IMG/VR virus record: IMGVR_UViG_3300046171_000314
Span: 32,001-96,000 of that record
Source of the DNA: a virus
Strand: one strand, 5' to 3'
Length of the DNA stretch: 64,000 bases
Part shown: positions 18,094-27,610 of the stretch, piece by piece
How the letters are laid out: each line of letters begins with the position of its first letter
Position numbering within the stretch: the stretch's first letter is position 1
Notes under the pieces: model-generated
Databases searched by the model: none
Seen by the model: only the letters and a program-made list of their open reading frames with translations
What the model was told of the DNA's origin: nothing
Program-made: the position numbers and the translations under genes

Positions 18094-18279
18094 CTAATTT
18101 TTGTTTGAAACAAAAGCGTTGAGTTTCTTGGCTTCCTTGATTACATCTTCCGCTGTATATCCTTTCCACTCTTTATCGCCCGAAGCAGCGAACTGCATTT
18201 GAGCATTGTTTCTAAGAATTTCTTCGGCTAAGTGAAGGAGTTGTTGACGAATTTGATAAGCAGTTTGATTGTCTGCCAT
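18094..18279 (-). CDS. small conserved-type phage protein (YxIR..LL.LA...A..LN.FVS)
   Basis: GAGGTG RBS; 61 aa, two predicted helices. Confidence 0.75.
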   Translation of the reverse strand: MADNQTAYQIRQQLLHLAEEILRNNAQMQFAASGDKEWKGYTAEDVIKEAKKLNAFVSNKN

Positions 18280-18291
18280 GAGTCACCTCTT

Positions 18292-18314
18292 TATGTGTGT
18301 GTATGTGTGTGTAT
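18292..18314 (-). repeat. (CATACACACA)2 repeat in 5' UTR
   Basis: + strand TATGTGTGTGTATGTGTGTGTAT immediately upstream of the RBS of 18094-18279. Confidence 0.8.
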
Positions 18315-18427
18315 GAACCTATCTGATTGAAGGTTCGATATACTATACCCAAGAAAACTTCCTTGTCTTTTATTTATTTTTTTCAAATAAGACCCTTGTG
18401 TTTTCGGTACTATCCACAAAGGAGAGA

Positions 18428-18601
18428 ATGGTGATAGATACGCAAGCAGATGACTTTTGGGCGTGGGTGAGTTTAGGTTGGGCACTGACCCTACTCGTAT
18501 GGCTGTTGATACTTTGGGAAATACGAAGACCCCCAAGCCCCTGTGATGGAATTTATTTTAGAGAAGCACACCTAAGATGTCTTTGGGAGCAAAGTAAATA
18601 G
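18428..18601 (+). CDS. small membrane protein
   Basis: GGAG RBS; TM WAWVSLGWALTLLVWLLILW. Confidence 0.55.
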   Translation: MVIDTQADDFWAWVSLGWALTLLVWLLILWEIRRPPSPCDGIYFREAHLRCLWEQSK

Positions 18602-18611
18602 TTTCTCTATA
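18597..18611 (+). promoter_or_regulatory. putative late promoter
   Basis: AATAGT-TTCT-CTATA. Confidence 0.65.
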
Positions 18612-18642
18612 TTCTTTTCAAAGTGTATTGGAGAAAAACATA

Positions 18643-19143
18643 ATGGCTCGTTCAGACAAAGAAAAGAAAGAAATATATGACAAGTGGAAAGGCTTGATCA
18701 ATATGAGCCAATCGGCTCTCGATGAATGGGCTAAGAATCCTGCTCGTTTGGAAGCCTCTCTCAATAGAGCGAAAGCCAAAGATGAGGGTGGGATTCAAAG
18801 TGGTCTTGATTCTCTCCACCGCATCAAAAGAAGAAAGTCCAAACCTGTCAAAGAATGGTCTGACCAAGATTACGACAATGCGGCTCAGGAGAATGGGTTC
18901 AATGGTCGTATGTTGGGCGGCAAGATTGGACAGCCTGTAGGTAGTACAGGAATGTCCAAGTGGGAAATCTCACTACGCAATTGGGGACACGACCCTGCAT
19001 TGAGTTCAAGCCCTGCTAACGCCAAGTATAAGGCTTGGAAGAAAGCAAACAAGGATGCTATTGCAAAGTCCAAAGCGAAAGCCAAGAAGAAAGCCTCTGT
19101 CGAAAGAGTTGCATATCAATATTTAATTTCTAGGAGCAGATAA
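18643..19143 (+). CDS. DUF3140-like protein with C-terminal RVAxxY tag
   Basis: INMS..AL.EW and WEISLRNWGHDP; ends KKKASVERVAYQYLISRSR. Confidence 0.7.
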   Translation: MARSDKEKKEIYDKWKGLINMSQSALDEWAKNPARLEASLNRAKAKDEGGIQSGLDSLHRIKRRKSKPVKEWSDQDYDNAAQENGFNGRMLGGKIGQPVGSTGMSKWEISLRNWGHDPALSSSPANAKYKAWKKANKDAIAKSKAKAKKKASVERVAYQYLISRSR

Positions 19144-20210
19144 TGAGAAATAGGAGAGCAGGGAAAAAGTTCCCCCCATCAATGGGAATGAGAACCCCAA
19201 GCAATCAGAAGCACAAGAAAGATCCAAGACCAAAGGCTCGCCCTGCGGACACTTGGGATGACAAACAAGTCTCTCGTGGAAACTCTGCTTGGTATCGTGC
19301 TATGGATCGAATGATTGACAAGGGAATGTCCGAGCGAGATATCGTTCATTCTATTTCAAAAAAGTTCAAGATTGACCCTATGGCTATCAAGAAAGAACTT
19401 CGTGGTCGTATGCGAATGGCAAATGAGATGCTTGCCGACAGTGATGGCAACTATATGAGTGTTCAGAACATTGAGAGCATACTTAATGCCGCTGAGTTCC
19501 TTTCTGAAATGATCTATGATGGCGACGAAATGGAAGATTGGGTTGAGGACAAAATCTCTGTTGCTCGTGCCGCCCTGTCAGATGTCGCTCGCTATTACAA
19601 CAGTGGTCGTTCTATGTACGCATCAAGTCGAACCTTCTTGGCACATTCATACAAAGAAGCCCTCCGAAAAATCCAAATTCAAAAACTTATGGGTCAGGGA
19701 CAGTTTTCTTTGATTACCGCATATCGAAATGAGAACTCTAAGTCAGAGAACAAGCGTATCCAAACAGAGTTGAGAGTAGAACTTGCGAAAATGGGATACA
19801 AGCCTGAAACCTTGAAAGCATCTTGGGATGGAAAAACCGAACAATCTCTTCTTGTAAAAGGAATACCCTTTGGAAAGGCGAAAGCACTTGGCATCAAGTA
19901 TGGACAAGACGCTATTATTTGGAAAGGAGCAGGAGAGCCTTGGGTTGGGATGTATTATTTCAATGGCAAGAACGCAGGGAAGGTTGAGGTCGCTCTCGAT
20001 ACAAAGAATATGTCTGTCGATTATGATGTATCAATGGAGAAAGACCTGTACAGTAAGGCTCGTGGTTTATCCTTTGAGTTGGATTTCCATTGGGGTAAGT
20101 TTGTGAATACAAGCGGAGGTTACATAAAACCAAAGCACCTTGAGGAATGGCTAAGAACCTACTTTGATTTGGAAGCCATTGTGTCTAACAACGAGATACT
20201 TATCAATTAA
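19143..20210 (+). CDS. multi-module putative virion protein (C-terminal DUF3293-like domain)
   Basis: RRAG/RMAN/MYAS junctions; EDWVEDKISVA module; LITAYR..EN...L...KYGQDAIIW. Confidence 0.6.
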   Translation: MRNRRAGKKFPPSMGMRTPSNQKHKKDPRPKARPADTWDDKQVSRGNSAWYRAMDRMIDKGMSERDIVHSISKKFKIDPMAIKKELRGRMRMANEMLADSDGNYMSVQNIESILNAAEFLSEMIYDGDEMEDWVEDKISVARAALSDVARYYNSGRSMYASSRTFLAHSYKEALRKIQIQKLMGQGQFSLITAYRNENSKSENKRIQTELRVELAKMGYKPETLKASWDGKTEQSLLVKGIPFGKAKALGIKYGQDAIIWKGAGEPWVGMYYFNGKNAGKVEVALDTKNMSVDYDVSMEKDLYSKARGLSFELDFHWGKFVNTSGGYIKPKHLEEWLRTYFDLEAIVSNNEILIN

Positions 20211-20219
20211 GGAGGGATT

Positions 20220-20546
20220 ATGAAAAAGAGCATTGCAAAAAATCTTGAATCTGTGTGGTTTGGTAAATCTGCCAAAACATACGAAAGAAAGACCCCTAAA
20301 GAAGTGGTCAAAGAACATTACGCAAAACGACCCAAAAGAATGGGGGATGGATCTTCTATTTCGTGGCAAGGGGAGAAAGGTCGTGAGGGAGATAGGTTCT
20401 ATCCATTGACCACCTTTGAGGAATCCTTGTCTGAATTCGAAAAGAGAATAGAGAATGGTAACAGGGGAATTCCGGGCGGATGGCGGATATACTTTGATCC
20501 AAAGAAAAAGAAGCACTTTGCGTTTTCTTATTACAACTCAATGTGA
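20220..20546 (+). CDS. hypothetical protein
   Basis: GGAGG RBS. Confidence 0.7.
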   Translation: MKKSIAKNLESVWFGKSAKTYERKTPKEVVKEHYAKRPKRMGDGSSISWQGEKGREGDRFYPLTTFEESLSEFEKRIENGNRGIPGGWRIYFDPKKKKHFAFSYYNSM

Positions 20547-20564
20547 GTAGGAAATAAATACAAA

Positions 20565-20592
20565 AAAAGGGGAGTCAATTGACTCCCCTTTT
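20565..20592. terminator. bidirectional intrinsic terminator
   Basis: Perfect palindrome AAAAGGGGAGTCAATTGACTCCCCTTTT between convergent genes. Confidence 0.85.
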
Positions 20593-20613
20593 GATTATCT
20601 CAATCTGAGATAC

Positions 20614-21258
20614 TTAGAATGGTATGGCTTCAACCACAGGCTTTGGTATTTCATACCCCATTTCAAGGTAGGCTTCTTTAACTGAAAGTTCTCTCTTATG
20701 GGAGATGACATCTACCGCCAAGTTTTCTGCACGATGATAAAGGTCACTAGCCGTTGTTCCTGTGCCCCCTTGCTCTTGAAGGACTTGGTAAATGTGTCCT
20801 ATCGCTTGCCCAAATACACTTGCCCACTCAGGTTGGCTTGTTGCATAGTCGTGTGGGCTGTAGTCATATTGGTGTGGGTCTTCCTGCCACTCACCCCGTT
20901 CCATCAACTCAATAATGTAATCTCCTGTTCTGCTCATAGTTTCCTCCTTCAAATACGACAAGTAATCGGCTCGTTCGAGGGTGTTGTCTTTTGGTATTCG
21001 CATCCCCAACTGCACCTCGTGTAGATAAACATGCGAGAAATTATTCGCAAACCTCTTATAGACTTCCTCTTTGTCGATTCCGAACTGAGAGAGTTCTTCC
21101 GCAAGTGCTTGGATTTCTTCTCTGTCGAGGTTCATCCCTGTTGTGTGTTTCTCATTGAGGAAGGCGGATATCGCCATCTCAAATTCGTAGTTCAACCTGT
21201 CACAAACAGGTGTGTCTAAGTCCGAGTCGAAGATGTAGTCATCAAGGTTGATTTTCAT
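20614..21258 (-). CDS. hypothetical protein
   Basis: 214 aa in coupled minus-strand operon. Confidence 0.7.
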   Translation of the reverse strand: MKINLDDYIFDSDLDTPVCDRLNYEFEMAISAFLNEKHTTGMNLDREEIQALAEELSQFGIDKEEVYKRFANNFSHVYLHEVQLGMRIPKDNTLERADYLSYLKEETMSRTGDYIIELMERGEWQEDPHQYDYSPHDYATSQPEWASVFGQAIGHIYQVLQEQGGTGTTASDLYHRAENLAVDVISHKRELSVKEAYLEMGYEIPKPVVEAIPF

Positions 21259-21569
21259 TATACACCTCGTGCTTCAAAGTCTCGGCACGCATCCCACCCA
21301 CTTGCTGTAAGTTTGTGGGGCTTTCTCTTTTCAATAAATTCGTGATCTATTAAGAAAGATAAGAAAGGCTCAACGGGTCGTGTTGCCCTCAACCCTTTGT
21401 GGGCTGTCAAACACCACGCAGTTTTCATAACACAAAGATGCTCTAATGCTCTGTACTCCATTTCTTCTCTTGATAGGGAATCAAGTTCACAAAATTGGTC
21501 TTCCTTTAGATTGTCTCGGTAGTCATTGAACTCCCCATCTTTAAGAATTTTGAGTTTTGGCTTAGTCAT
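21258..21569 (-). CDS. hypothetical protein
   Basis: coupled ORF. Confidence 0.65.
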   Translation of the reverse strand: MTKPKLKILKDGEFNDYRDNLKEDQFCELDSLSREEMEYRALEHLCVMKTAWCLTAHKGLRATRPVEPFLSFLIDHEFIEKRKPHKLTASGWDACRDFEARGV

Positions 21570-21978
21570 CGCACACCCCCATCATCCCATTGATAATCTT
21601 CTGTCCTACCTCTGCAAACTCTGCCATTTCCCGTTTTTCTTCTTCTGTATACACGGGGAGAGGAAAGGGCACAAAACGTGCAATCTTGTGTTGGATATAT
21701 TTTTGGTTGTTATCCCCTGAATAATTAACTCTCAGGTTGTCCCTGCGATAGGCGGTGTCGGTTCGTTCATCTACGAAAGCCCAATAGTGAGTATCCACCA
21801 TTGACTTTGTGTATGCCCCTGTGTGGGTTGTGTTGTCTGTCAAAGATATCAAATGATAGTAGCCGATCTTCTTCTTGTCGAGATAGACAGAGTACTTTCC
21901 TTGATGTCGCCTAGACGAGAAAGTGACTCTCGCCATTTGGCGTTTCTTTTCTTCTTGTTGTTGTCGGATTGCGTTCAT
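21562..21978 (-). CDS. hypothetical protein
   Basis: AGGAG RBS. Confidence 0.7.
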   Translation of the reverse strand: MNAIRQQQEEKKRQMARVTFSSRRHQGKYSVYLDKKKIGYYHLISLTDNTTHTGAYTKSMVDTHYWAFVDERTDTAYRRDNLRVNYSGDNNQKYIQHKIARFVPFPLPVYTEEEKREMAEFAEVGQKIINGMMGVCDD

Positions 21979-21990
21979 TGTATTCTCCTG

Positions 21991-22245
21991 TCAGGTTTCA
22001 ATGATTGGTTGTTGTAATAAAAGTCTTGTCTCTGCTATACCGACATCGGATGGTTTTCCGTTTGTCTTGTCATAGTCGATCAATAAGCCGCTAAAGTCGA
22101 ACTCTATCTTCTGACCGCCTCTTGCTGTCCAAGATGTAAGCATCCCATATCTTCTGTTTGGGCATCGAGGTTTATTCATCAGGGCTTCAATGCGAGCCTT
22201 GTTCCGTTGCTTTCTTTGGAATCTTTTCTTTTGTTTGCGGTTCAT
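21991..22245 (-). CDS. small basic hypothetical protein
   Basis: GAGGTG RBS, ATGA overlap. Confidence 0.6.
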   Translation of the reverse strand: MNRKQKKRFQRKQRNKARIEALMNKPRCPNRRYGMLTSWTARGGQKIEFDFSGLLIDYDKTNGKPSDVGIAETRLLLQQPIIET

Positions 22246-22661
22246 TTTTCACCTCTCTTTTTGAAAGACACACGAGCCTTTCGGGTTTTTTGTTGCAGGG
22301 CTGTAAGTACTACCGATTTCATCTCGGTGGGTAGTTGTGGAAACACCTCTTCGAACTTTGGGTGCGTCCTGACATTGGTTTGGAAGAGCAATTGGAAATA
22401 GTGTCCAAGTCTTTGAGATAACTGACTATCCTCTAAAACAAGGTAGTCGGTCTTTGGCTCAGAGACAGAGAACTCTCCAAAGGGGGTTTCATATCTTCCT
22501 TTGCCCTTCTCTCGGAGTTCTTCTTTCCCTTGTTCGATGTAATCTTGAAGGGTGGATTGGAAGAGCCACATAATTGCGAGCAACTCTTTTCTATCCTTTG
22601 TGGTATCCCATTCCTTTTGAAGGGAATCGAATAGCCTTTGGAATTGTAGATAAGTAGACAT
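22242..22661 (-). CDS. hypothetical protein
   Basis: AGGAG RBS before MSTYLQ. Confidence 0.65.
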   Translation of the reverse strand: MSTYLQFQRLFDSLQKEWDTTKDRKELLAIMWLFQSTLQDYIEQGKEELREKGKGRYETPFGEFSVSEPKTDYLVLEDSQLSQRLGHYFQLLFQTNVRTHPKFEEVFPQLPTEMKSVVLTALQQKTRKARVSFKKRGEK

Positions 22662-22686
22662 AATATTCTCCTTTGAATTAAATACA

Positions 22687-22718
22687 AAAAAACTCCCCAC
22701 CCGAAGGTGGGGGTTCTT
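22687..22718 (-). terminator. intrinsic terminator
   Basis: CCCCACC-loop-GGTGGGG with U-run on minus strand. Confidence 0.75.
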
Positions 22719-22730
22719 TATAGGAATTCC

Positions 22731-23585
22731 CTATGCACATTCATAGTGAATAGGGTTTTTTGAATTCTCAACATCCCATATTGCTTTGCTGCCCATTTTG
22801 ATGGTTTTACCACACTTGTCACACTCAAGGTCACAAGGGGCTTCCATCACTGTTGCAGGGTCGATAACAGCACTTGACTTAGGGGCTTCAACCTCAACAA
22901 GATCCTCCCAAGATTCTTCAACCTTTTCAGGCTCTTCTTCTTTGGACTCTGCCTGTGCTTTGGCTTCCTCTTTTCGCTTGGCATCTTCAGCATCAAGCCC
23001 CTCTGCAATTTCGAGGAAAGCAAGGAAAGCAGTTCTCTTACAAGACCCTGCAAGAGGACAAGCCTTGCAAGTAGGACTTCTCTCTGCCCAATAACCAAAG
23101 CAAGAGGTTTGAGAGATAGCGATCTCTTTAATACTCTCGTCATTGTGATAAGTATCCTCAGGAATATCTCCGATTGTCCAAGACACCCCATCACCTTCTT
23201 CAAAGTTGGTGGGATTTGCAACAGGTTTGGTGACTCGAACTTCAACAACAGTATCTTCTTGCCATTCAACCTTTGAGGCAGGGGCGTTTCCTTTTGCCTT
23301 TGTGATACCCTCAGCGGTCAAGCCATACTTACCACGACCCTTCGCCTCGCCCAACCCTTCTTCACGAAGTTTGGTAAAGGCTTTGGTGATATTGTATCGT
23401 ACCCAAGAGCGAGGATTTTTCTGACTTGTCATATAACCCCAAGCATCTTCCTCAATAGAGTGATGGTCACAGAAGGCTGTGACCATATCATCAAGTTGAG
23501 TGTGATCCGCAGGGGTGGCTACCAAGCCGCCAAGCACTATCAGAAGAGAAGGCTTGAGTTTAGAGGGGGAAAGTTTTGTAGTCAT
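22731..23585 (-). CDS. Mrr_N-like winged-helix protein with two Cys-rich metal-binding domains
   Basis: RYNITKAF..L...GL....GRGKYGLTAEG; CFGYW....CKACPLAGSC; CDKCG...IHYEC. Confidence 0.6.
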   Translation of the reverse strand: MTTKLSPSKLKPSLLIVLGGLVATPADHTQLDDMVTAFCDHHSIEEDAWGYMTSQKNPRSWVRYNITKAFTKLREEGLGEAKGRGKYGLTAEGITKAKGNAPASKVEWQEDTVVEVRVTKPVANPTNFEEGDGVSWTIGDIPEDTYHNDESIKEIAISQTSCFGYWAERSPTCKACPLAGSCKRTAFLAFLEIAEGLDAEDAKRKEEAKAQAESKEEEPEKVEESWEDLVEVEAPKSSAVIDPATVMEAPCDLECDKCGKTIKMGSKAIWDVENSKNPIHYECA

Positions 23586-23644
23586 AATGACCTCCGAATG
23601 AAAAATGAAAGAGAAAAAATACAGCAGTTTATCAACTACATCCT

Positions 23645-23669
23645 CTATACGATAGAGAAAATTTTACGT
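23645..23669 (-). promoter_or_regulatory. putative ECF-like promoter ACGTAA-N10-ATCGTATRG
   Basis: Same motif at 36553-36577 and 36802-36826. Confidence 0.65.
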
Positions 23670-23676
23670 TACACCT

Positions 23677-24831
23677 TCAGGCTACTTTTATTTTAGCCTC
23701 TGCAATTCTGACAGGGATAAGCGTTGTCAAATCTCCACGATCCGACCCAATATAGGCTTCCTCGCCTTTTCTAGTGAGAGATAAGGTATTGATCCCTGTG
23801 GCTCTGATCAGCCCTGCGGATATCAAATTATTTACCATTTCAACATCTTTTGATGTCTCTTTGCCCCAAGATCCTGATTTCACTGCTCCCAAGATCACCA
23901 TTTGTCTGTGATGATCTTGACCGATCTTCAACAGGTCTTTTCTCATATAGGATTTGAGAACTCTTGCTCTGCTTTCAGATCGATCAATCTCCTCCGCCAA
24001 CTCCCCATCAGACAAATCTGACATAATTGCATTGAGGACTTGTGCGTTGAACTCCCCTTTATGTGTCCCCTCCATTGTATTTATGGCAAGGAGAATACCA
24101 CGATAGGACTCTCGGCTCTCCAACTCCTCTTGATCTATATAGACATCTTCAGGGCTACTGCTATGGTCTACCACCACAGATGTAATGTTGCCCTTATCGT
24201 CAGACACCACCGCTTGATCAAATGAGTCGTGTCGATGTTGAGATTGGGATTCCCCTGATATGACCTCTTGCTTAGACCTCTTGCCCCTTGCACGACAATG
24301 AGCATCTTGACCGCCTTTTTGCGTAGCATTTGTATGCTCTCGCATAGCAAAATTGACGATAACAGAAGCATACACCTTTTTGCCTGCTTTGAGTTGCTTG
24401 TCAAAGGCTCTGTTCTTCAGGGCTTTGGCATTGTAGTTTGCGAGAACATCCTCTGCTTCCTCACCTGTTCCATAAAGTTTGGAGGATAACTTGCGGAGGA
24501 TTTCCTTGTGCATTTTTGGATACTCTGTGCGATACCATGTGTCGGTGAGAGAGTTTTCTTCTTCGGTTTCGATAACAGGTCGTACAGGCTCTGTGGTCTC
24601 TAGGGTATGCTCATAGACACCCCAAGCGAAATCAACGAAGGTTACAGGCTCTGTGCGGCTGTAATAAACATCCTCAGTGATAAGATGGTTCTTATACTCG
24701 GTGAGGGATACCTTGAGATTGAGAGGGGCTACCTCTGTTCTTCTATATAGATTGTCTAGGACAATAGTGGTGTTCGTAATGAATTCTTTGGTATAGTTAG
24801 AAACGAACCACGCCAACGTGCGATTTTTCAT
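23677..24831 (-). CDS. divergent sigma-70/ECF-like factor
   Basis: Region-2-like EEAEDVLANY; region-4-like HTH LSDGELAEEIDRSESRARVLK. Confidence 0.6.
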   Translation of the reverse strand: MKNRTLAWFVSNYTKEFITNTTIVLDNLYRRTEVAPLNLKVSLTEYKNHLITEDVYYSRTEPVTFVDFAWGVYEHTLETTEPVRPVIETEEENSLTDTWYRTEYPKMHKEILRKLSSKLYGTGEEAEDVLANYNAKALKNRAFDKQLKAGKKVYASVIVNFAMREHTNATQKGGQDAHCRARGKRSKQEVISGESQSQHRHDSFDQAVVSDDKGNITSVVVDHSSSPEDVYIDQEELESRESYRGILLAINTMEGTHKGEFNAQVLNAIMSDLSDGELAEEIDRSESRARVLKSYMRKDLLKIGQDHHRQMVILGAVKSGSWGKETSKDVEMVNNLISAGLIRATGINTLSLTRKGEEAYIGSDRGDLTTLIPVRIAEAKIKVA

Positions 24832-24908
24832 AGGGGTCTCCCATTTTGATCAGTGATGTAGGATTAAGCGTGACCGTAGTCACAAAAGATGAAAATCTTT
24901 ATTACAGA

Positions 24909-24938
24909 CAGTATATCATAGATTCCGAAAAATCGTCA
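24909..24938 (-). promoter_or_regulatory. host sigma70-type promoter
   Basis: TTGACG-N18-TATACT with extended TG. Confidence 0.6.
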
Positions 24939-24963
24939 AGGTTTTTGTGCGATAAAGATCCTC

Positions 24964-24978
24964 AATAATTTGTCTATC
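24964..24978 (+). promoter_or_regulatory. putative late promoter
   Basis: AATAAT-TTGT-CTATC. Confidence 0.55.
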
Positions 24979-25016
24979 GAATGTGGTTGGTGAAACTACG
25001 GTTAGGAGTTACAAAA

Positions 25017-26513
25017 ATGAATTTCAAGAAAAAGGCTTTCAGCACAAAAGATAAATCGACCCTGATACGGACATTTATTAATGACCCAAATTTTGGGAAC
25101 TTGAGTAACTATCCTGATATTGTGAGTGCTACGGATTCCCAATTAGCGGAGATGTTTGACTACGTTGTTGTTCAAGGAAAAAGACAGTGGAAAACTGGAC
25201 CTTCAAATATGAACTCAAAGGAATGGACAGAAGAGATAGAGTCAAGGTTCTCCTATTATCTAAGTGGGCAAAACATCAATACGACTATTGATACAACAGT
25301 TGATGACCCCACCCAAATGATAAAAAATGTTCACAGACAAGACAATATTCTTGGGAGGAACATACAAGGTTATATCGGAAGTAAGCCTGCTAACGAGCAG
25401 CACGTAGGACAACTTGCCGCAGGGTTCATTAAGTTTATGGCATCTCGTGTAAAGGATATGCAGAAAAACCATAAGATTATGAGAAGGCACATCAAGAATG
25501 TCACAGAACTTGGTGGGAATACTGATGAAGATGGTGGGCTAGATATAGAAAATATGGCAGATGAAGCCGCTATGGGTGGAGGTCGAGCCACAGGACACAG
25601 GTACTTTTTAAGAAATTGGCACGACTACTACAAGTACTCATCAGAGGTACAACAAATCGGAGAAGCCATTGAAGGCATTGATAGTGTTTTTGTCGACTTG
25701 GTTCAAAATGCGATAGAGCCTGCGATCCTAAAGCAAACCTTCAAGGCAGGCGGTCTGACAATTGAAGAAGAGCGGTTCATCTTCTATGCAGGATTTGGAT
25801 TAGATTACTTCGTTCCTTTTTCAAGTGGATCATCTGAAAACCAAACTCAACAATTGGGGAATATGCGAATTGTTCCTCCTTTCAGAAAGCCCTCTGTGTA
25901 TGACCTTAGTTACTATTTGCTTTGTTCTGCTTTGAAGAGAAGTGGGATGACCTTAAAAGAATTCGGAGATGTTGAAGAGGTAGCAGGAAAAAAATCCAAA
26001 GGGAAGATGTCTGCTAGTGCGAACTATAAGAAATACTTGAAAGCAATAGAAATGGCATTCAATGGGGGGTCAGGAAAGCCTTATGATCAAGTCTATGGGA
26101 ACGCAGGAAAAACAGCCCAAACAACCGCTGCCAAAATAAAAAACACTAATCAATTTGAAGCGAAGGATTTGAACGGATTGCGAGCCATCATCACTAAGAA
26201 GATTGGGTCACAAGGACAGTTTGAGAAAGCGGCTTTCGAACTAACTCAATTCCACATTGAAATGGACGAGGATAAGTCTTATGCGGAATGGCTTCCTGAG
26301 GGCTTTGCTTCGAACTATCCAAAGTACGCAAAAGAACTACTCAAGCACTTTGAAACGTTAGATATAGGACTTACCATCCTTGCAAGTAAGAAAACAGCCT
26401 CTGCTGTTCGTGTTGCAAATGCTTATATGGATAAGTACAAGAACAATCGACTTATCCAACGAGTGGCTTACAAGCACTTGATGAATAACGCCAACCCCAA
26501 AATCAGTTTTTAG
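25017..26513 (+). CDS. RVAxxY-tagged large protein, possibly sigma-like
   Basis: AGGAG RBS before MNFKKKAF; ends KKTASAVRVANAY...IQRVAYKHL. Confidence 0.6.
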   Translation: MNFKKKAFSTKDKSTLIRTFINDPNFGNLSNYPDIVSATDSQLAEMFDYVVVQGKRQWKTGPSNMNSKEWTEEIESRFSYYLSGQNINTTIDTTVDDPTQMIKNVHRQDNILGRNIQGYIGSKPANEQHVGQLAAGFIKFMASRVKDMQKNHKIMRRHIKNVTELGGNTDEDGGLDIENMADEAAMGGGRATGHRYFLRNWHDYYKYSSEVQQIGEAIEGIDSVFVDLVQNAIEPAILKQTFKAGGLTIEEERFIFYAGFGLDYFVPFSSGSSENQTQQLGNMRIVPPFRKPSVYDLSYYLLCSALKRSGMTLKEFGDVEEVAGKKSKGKMSASANYKKYLKAIEMAFNGGSGKPYDQVYGNAGKTAQTTAAKIKNTNQFEAKDLNGLRAIITKKIGSQGQFEKAAFELTQFHIEMDEDKSYAEWLPEGFASNYPKYAKELLKHFETLDIGLTILASKKTASAVRVANAYMDKYKNNRLIQRVAYKHLMNNANPKISF

Positions 26514-26749
26514 TTTAATCCATACTTAGCCAACAACTCAGGGGAGGGGATGAATCCAATGTCATTTCCTCCCTTGAACTTTAACAAGAGTTCCTTCACC
26601 TGAGCATCATTCAATCCTCTCAATGCGTTCTCTTGTGCTTGCCAATGAGCCTTTGCAAGTTTTGCAGACTCAGCAGGAACACCAAGACCCTCTATTTTTT
26701 CAATGGGTTGGGGTTTGTTTATTGCAACACTTCTTTTTAGGAAAGCCAT
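26510..26749 (-). CDS. hypothetical protein
   Basis: GAGGTG RBS before MAFLKR. Confidence 0.6.
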   Translation of the reverse strand: MAFLKRSVAINKPQPIEKIEGLGVPAESAKLAKAHWQAQENALRGLNDAQVKELLLKFKGGNDIGFIPSPELLAKYGLN

Positions 26750-26785
26750 AGGACACCTCACACAAAGGGGGGGGGAATAAAAGAG

Positions 26786-27610
26786 TTATTGACCATCAAA
26801 GAAAGAGCGTGTCAATTGACGAACTCTTTTGATGCGAGCCGATATCTCTTTGGGTTCTATTTGAAGGCTCTCTGAAATTTCTTTTCGAGTCATTCCTAGC
26901 AAGAGCATATCTAGTATTGGTTCAAGATTTTTTCCGTGCTCTCTTATGAACTTGGCGAGGCTCTTTTTAGCAACCTCTTCCTCTGTCGCATTTTGAGGAG
27001 ATGTATAGTAATCCTCAATTGCTGCTGCTGAGACATCAACAAAGGCTTTGTTTCCATTTTCATCAAAGCCCATTATTCCAACCTGTTCTCTTTCTTTGAG
27101 TTTGTTCATCTTGCGATGATAGTTGGCTACGATACAACCGCACACCATATGGACATAATGTCCAAAAGAACTTTTTGCTGCATCGAAAGGACAGATGCCC
27201 TTATTTCGAGCCAAGATGCCACGATAGATTTCTTGCAAAACATCTTCAGGATCATACCCTGCGGCATAGCATTGTCTTCCAAATCCTGCGTAGAATAGTT
27301 TGCGAACTTCGTGAGATCTGTTCTTCAGATCTATTCCAAGATGAGCGGTACTGACTCTGTGTAGTTCTGCAATAGGGTCGAAAACAGGTTGGGCTTCATT
27401 TGTCCATCGAAAGTATTGTTGGAAAGACATTCTAGTTTTCTTTCCATATAAAGTAGAGAAGAATTGGTAAGCAGACAAGTATTCCTCACCATCCATTTCA
27501 AAGACAACTTTCTCGCCCTTCTTTTTTAATCTGACAAGTCTTGACCCATGTTCTCGTTTGGTGTACATCTCCTGTCCGATAAATTTTTCATAAATTGCAG
27601 TAACCGCCAT
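26786..27610 (-). CDS. sigma-70 family factor with extra N-terminal domain
   Basis: YDPEDVLQEIY...FDAAKSSFGHYV (region 2); MTRKEISESLQIEPKEISARIKR (region 4). Confidence 0.8.
   Translation of the reverse strand: MAVTAIYEKFIGQEMYTKREHGSRLVRLKKKGEKVVFEMDGEEYLSAYQFFSTLYGKKTRMSFQQYFRWTNEAQPVFDPIAELHRVSTAHLGIDLKNRSHEVRKLFYAGFGRQCYAAGYDPEDVLQEIYRGILARNKGICPFDAAKSSFGHYVHMVCGCIVANYHRKMNKLKEREQVGIMGFDENGNKAFVDVSAAAIEDYYTSPQNATEEEVAKKSLAKFIREHGKNLEPILDMLLLGMTRKEISESLQIEPKEISARIKRVRQLTRSFFDGQ

Noticed and set aside
20565-20592. Perfect 28-bp palindrome as a protelomerase or recombination site
   Set aside because: GC stem flanked by A/T runs between convergent genes is adequately explained as a bidirectional terminator
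26767-26775. G9 tract as a phase-variation switch
   Set aside because: Intergenic, no promoter spacing evidently depends on it, and homopolymer lengths look unreliable in this sequence
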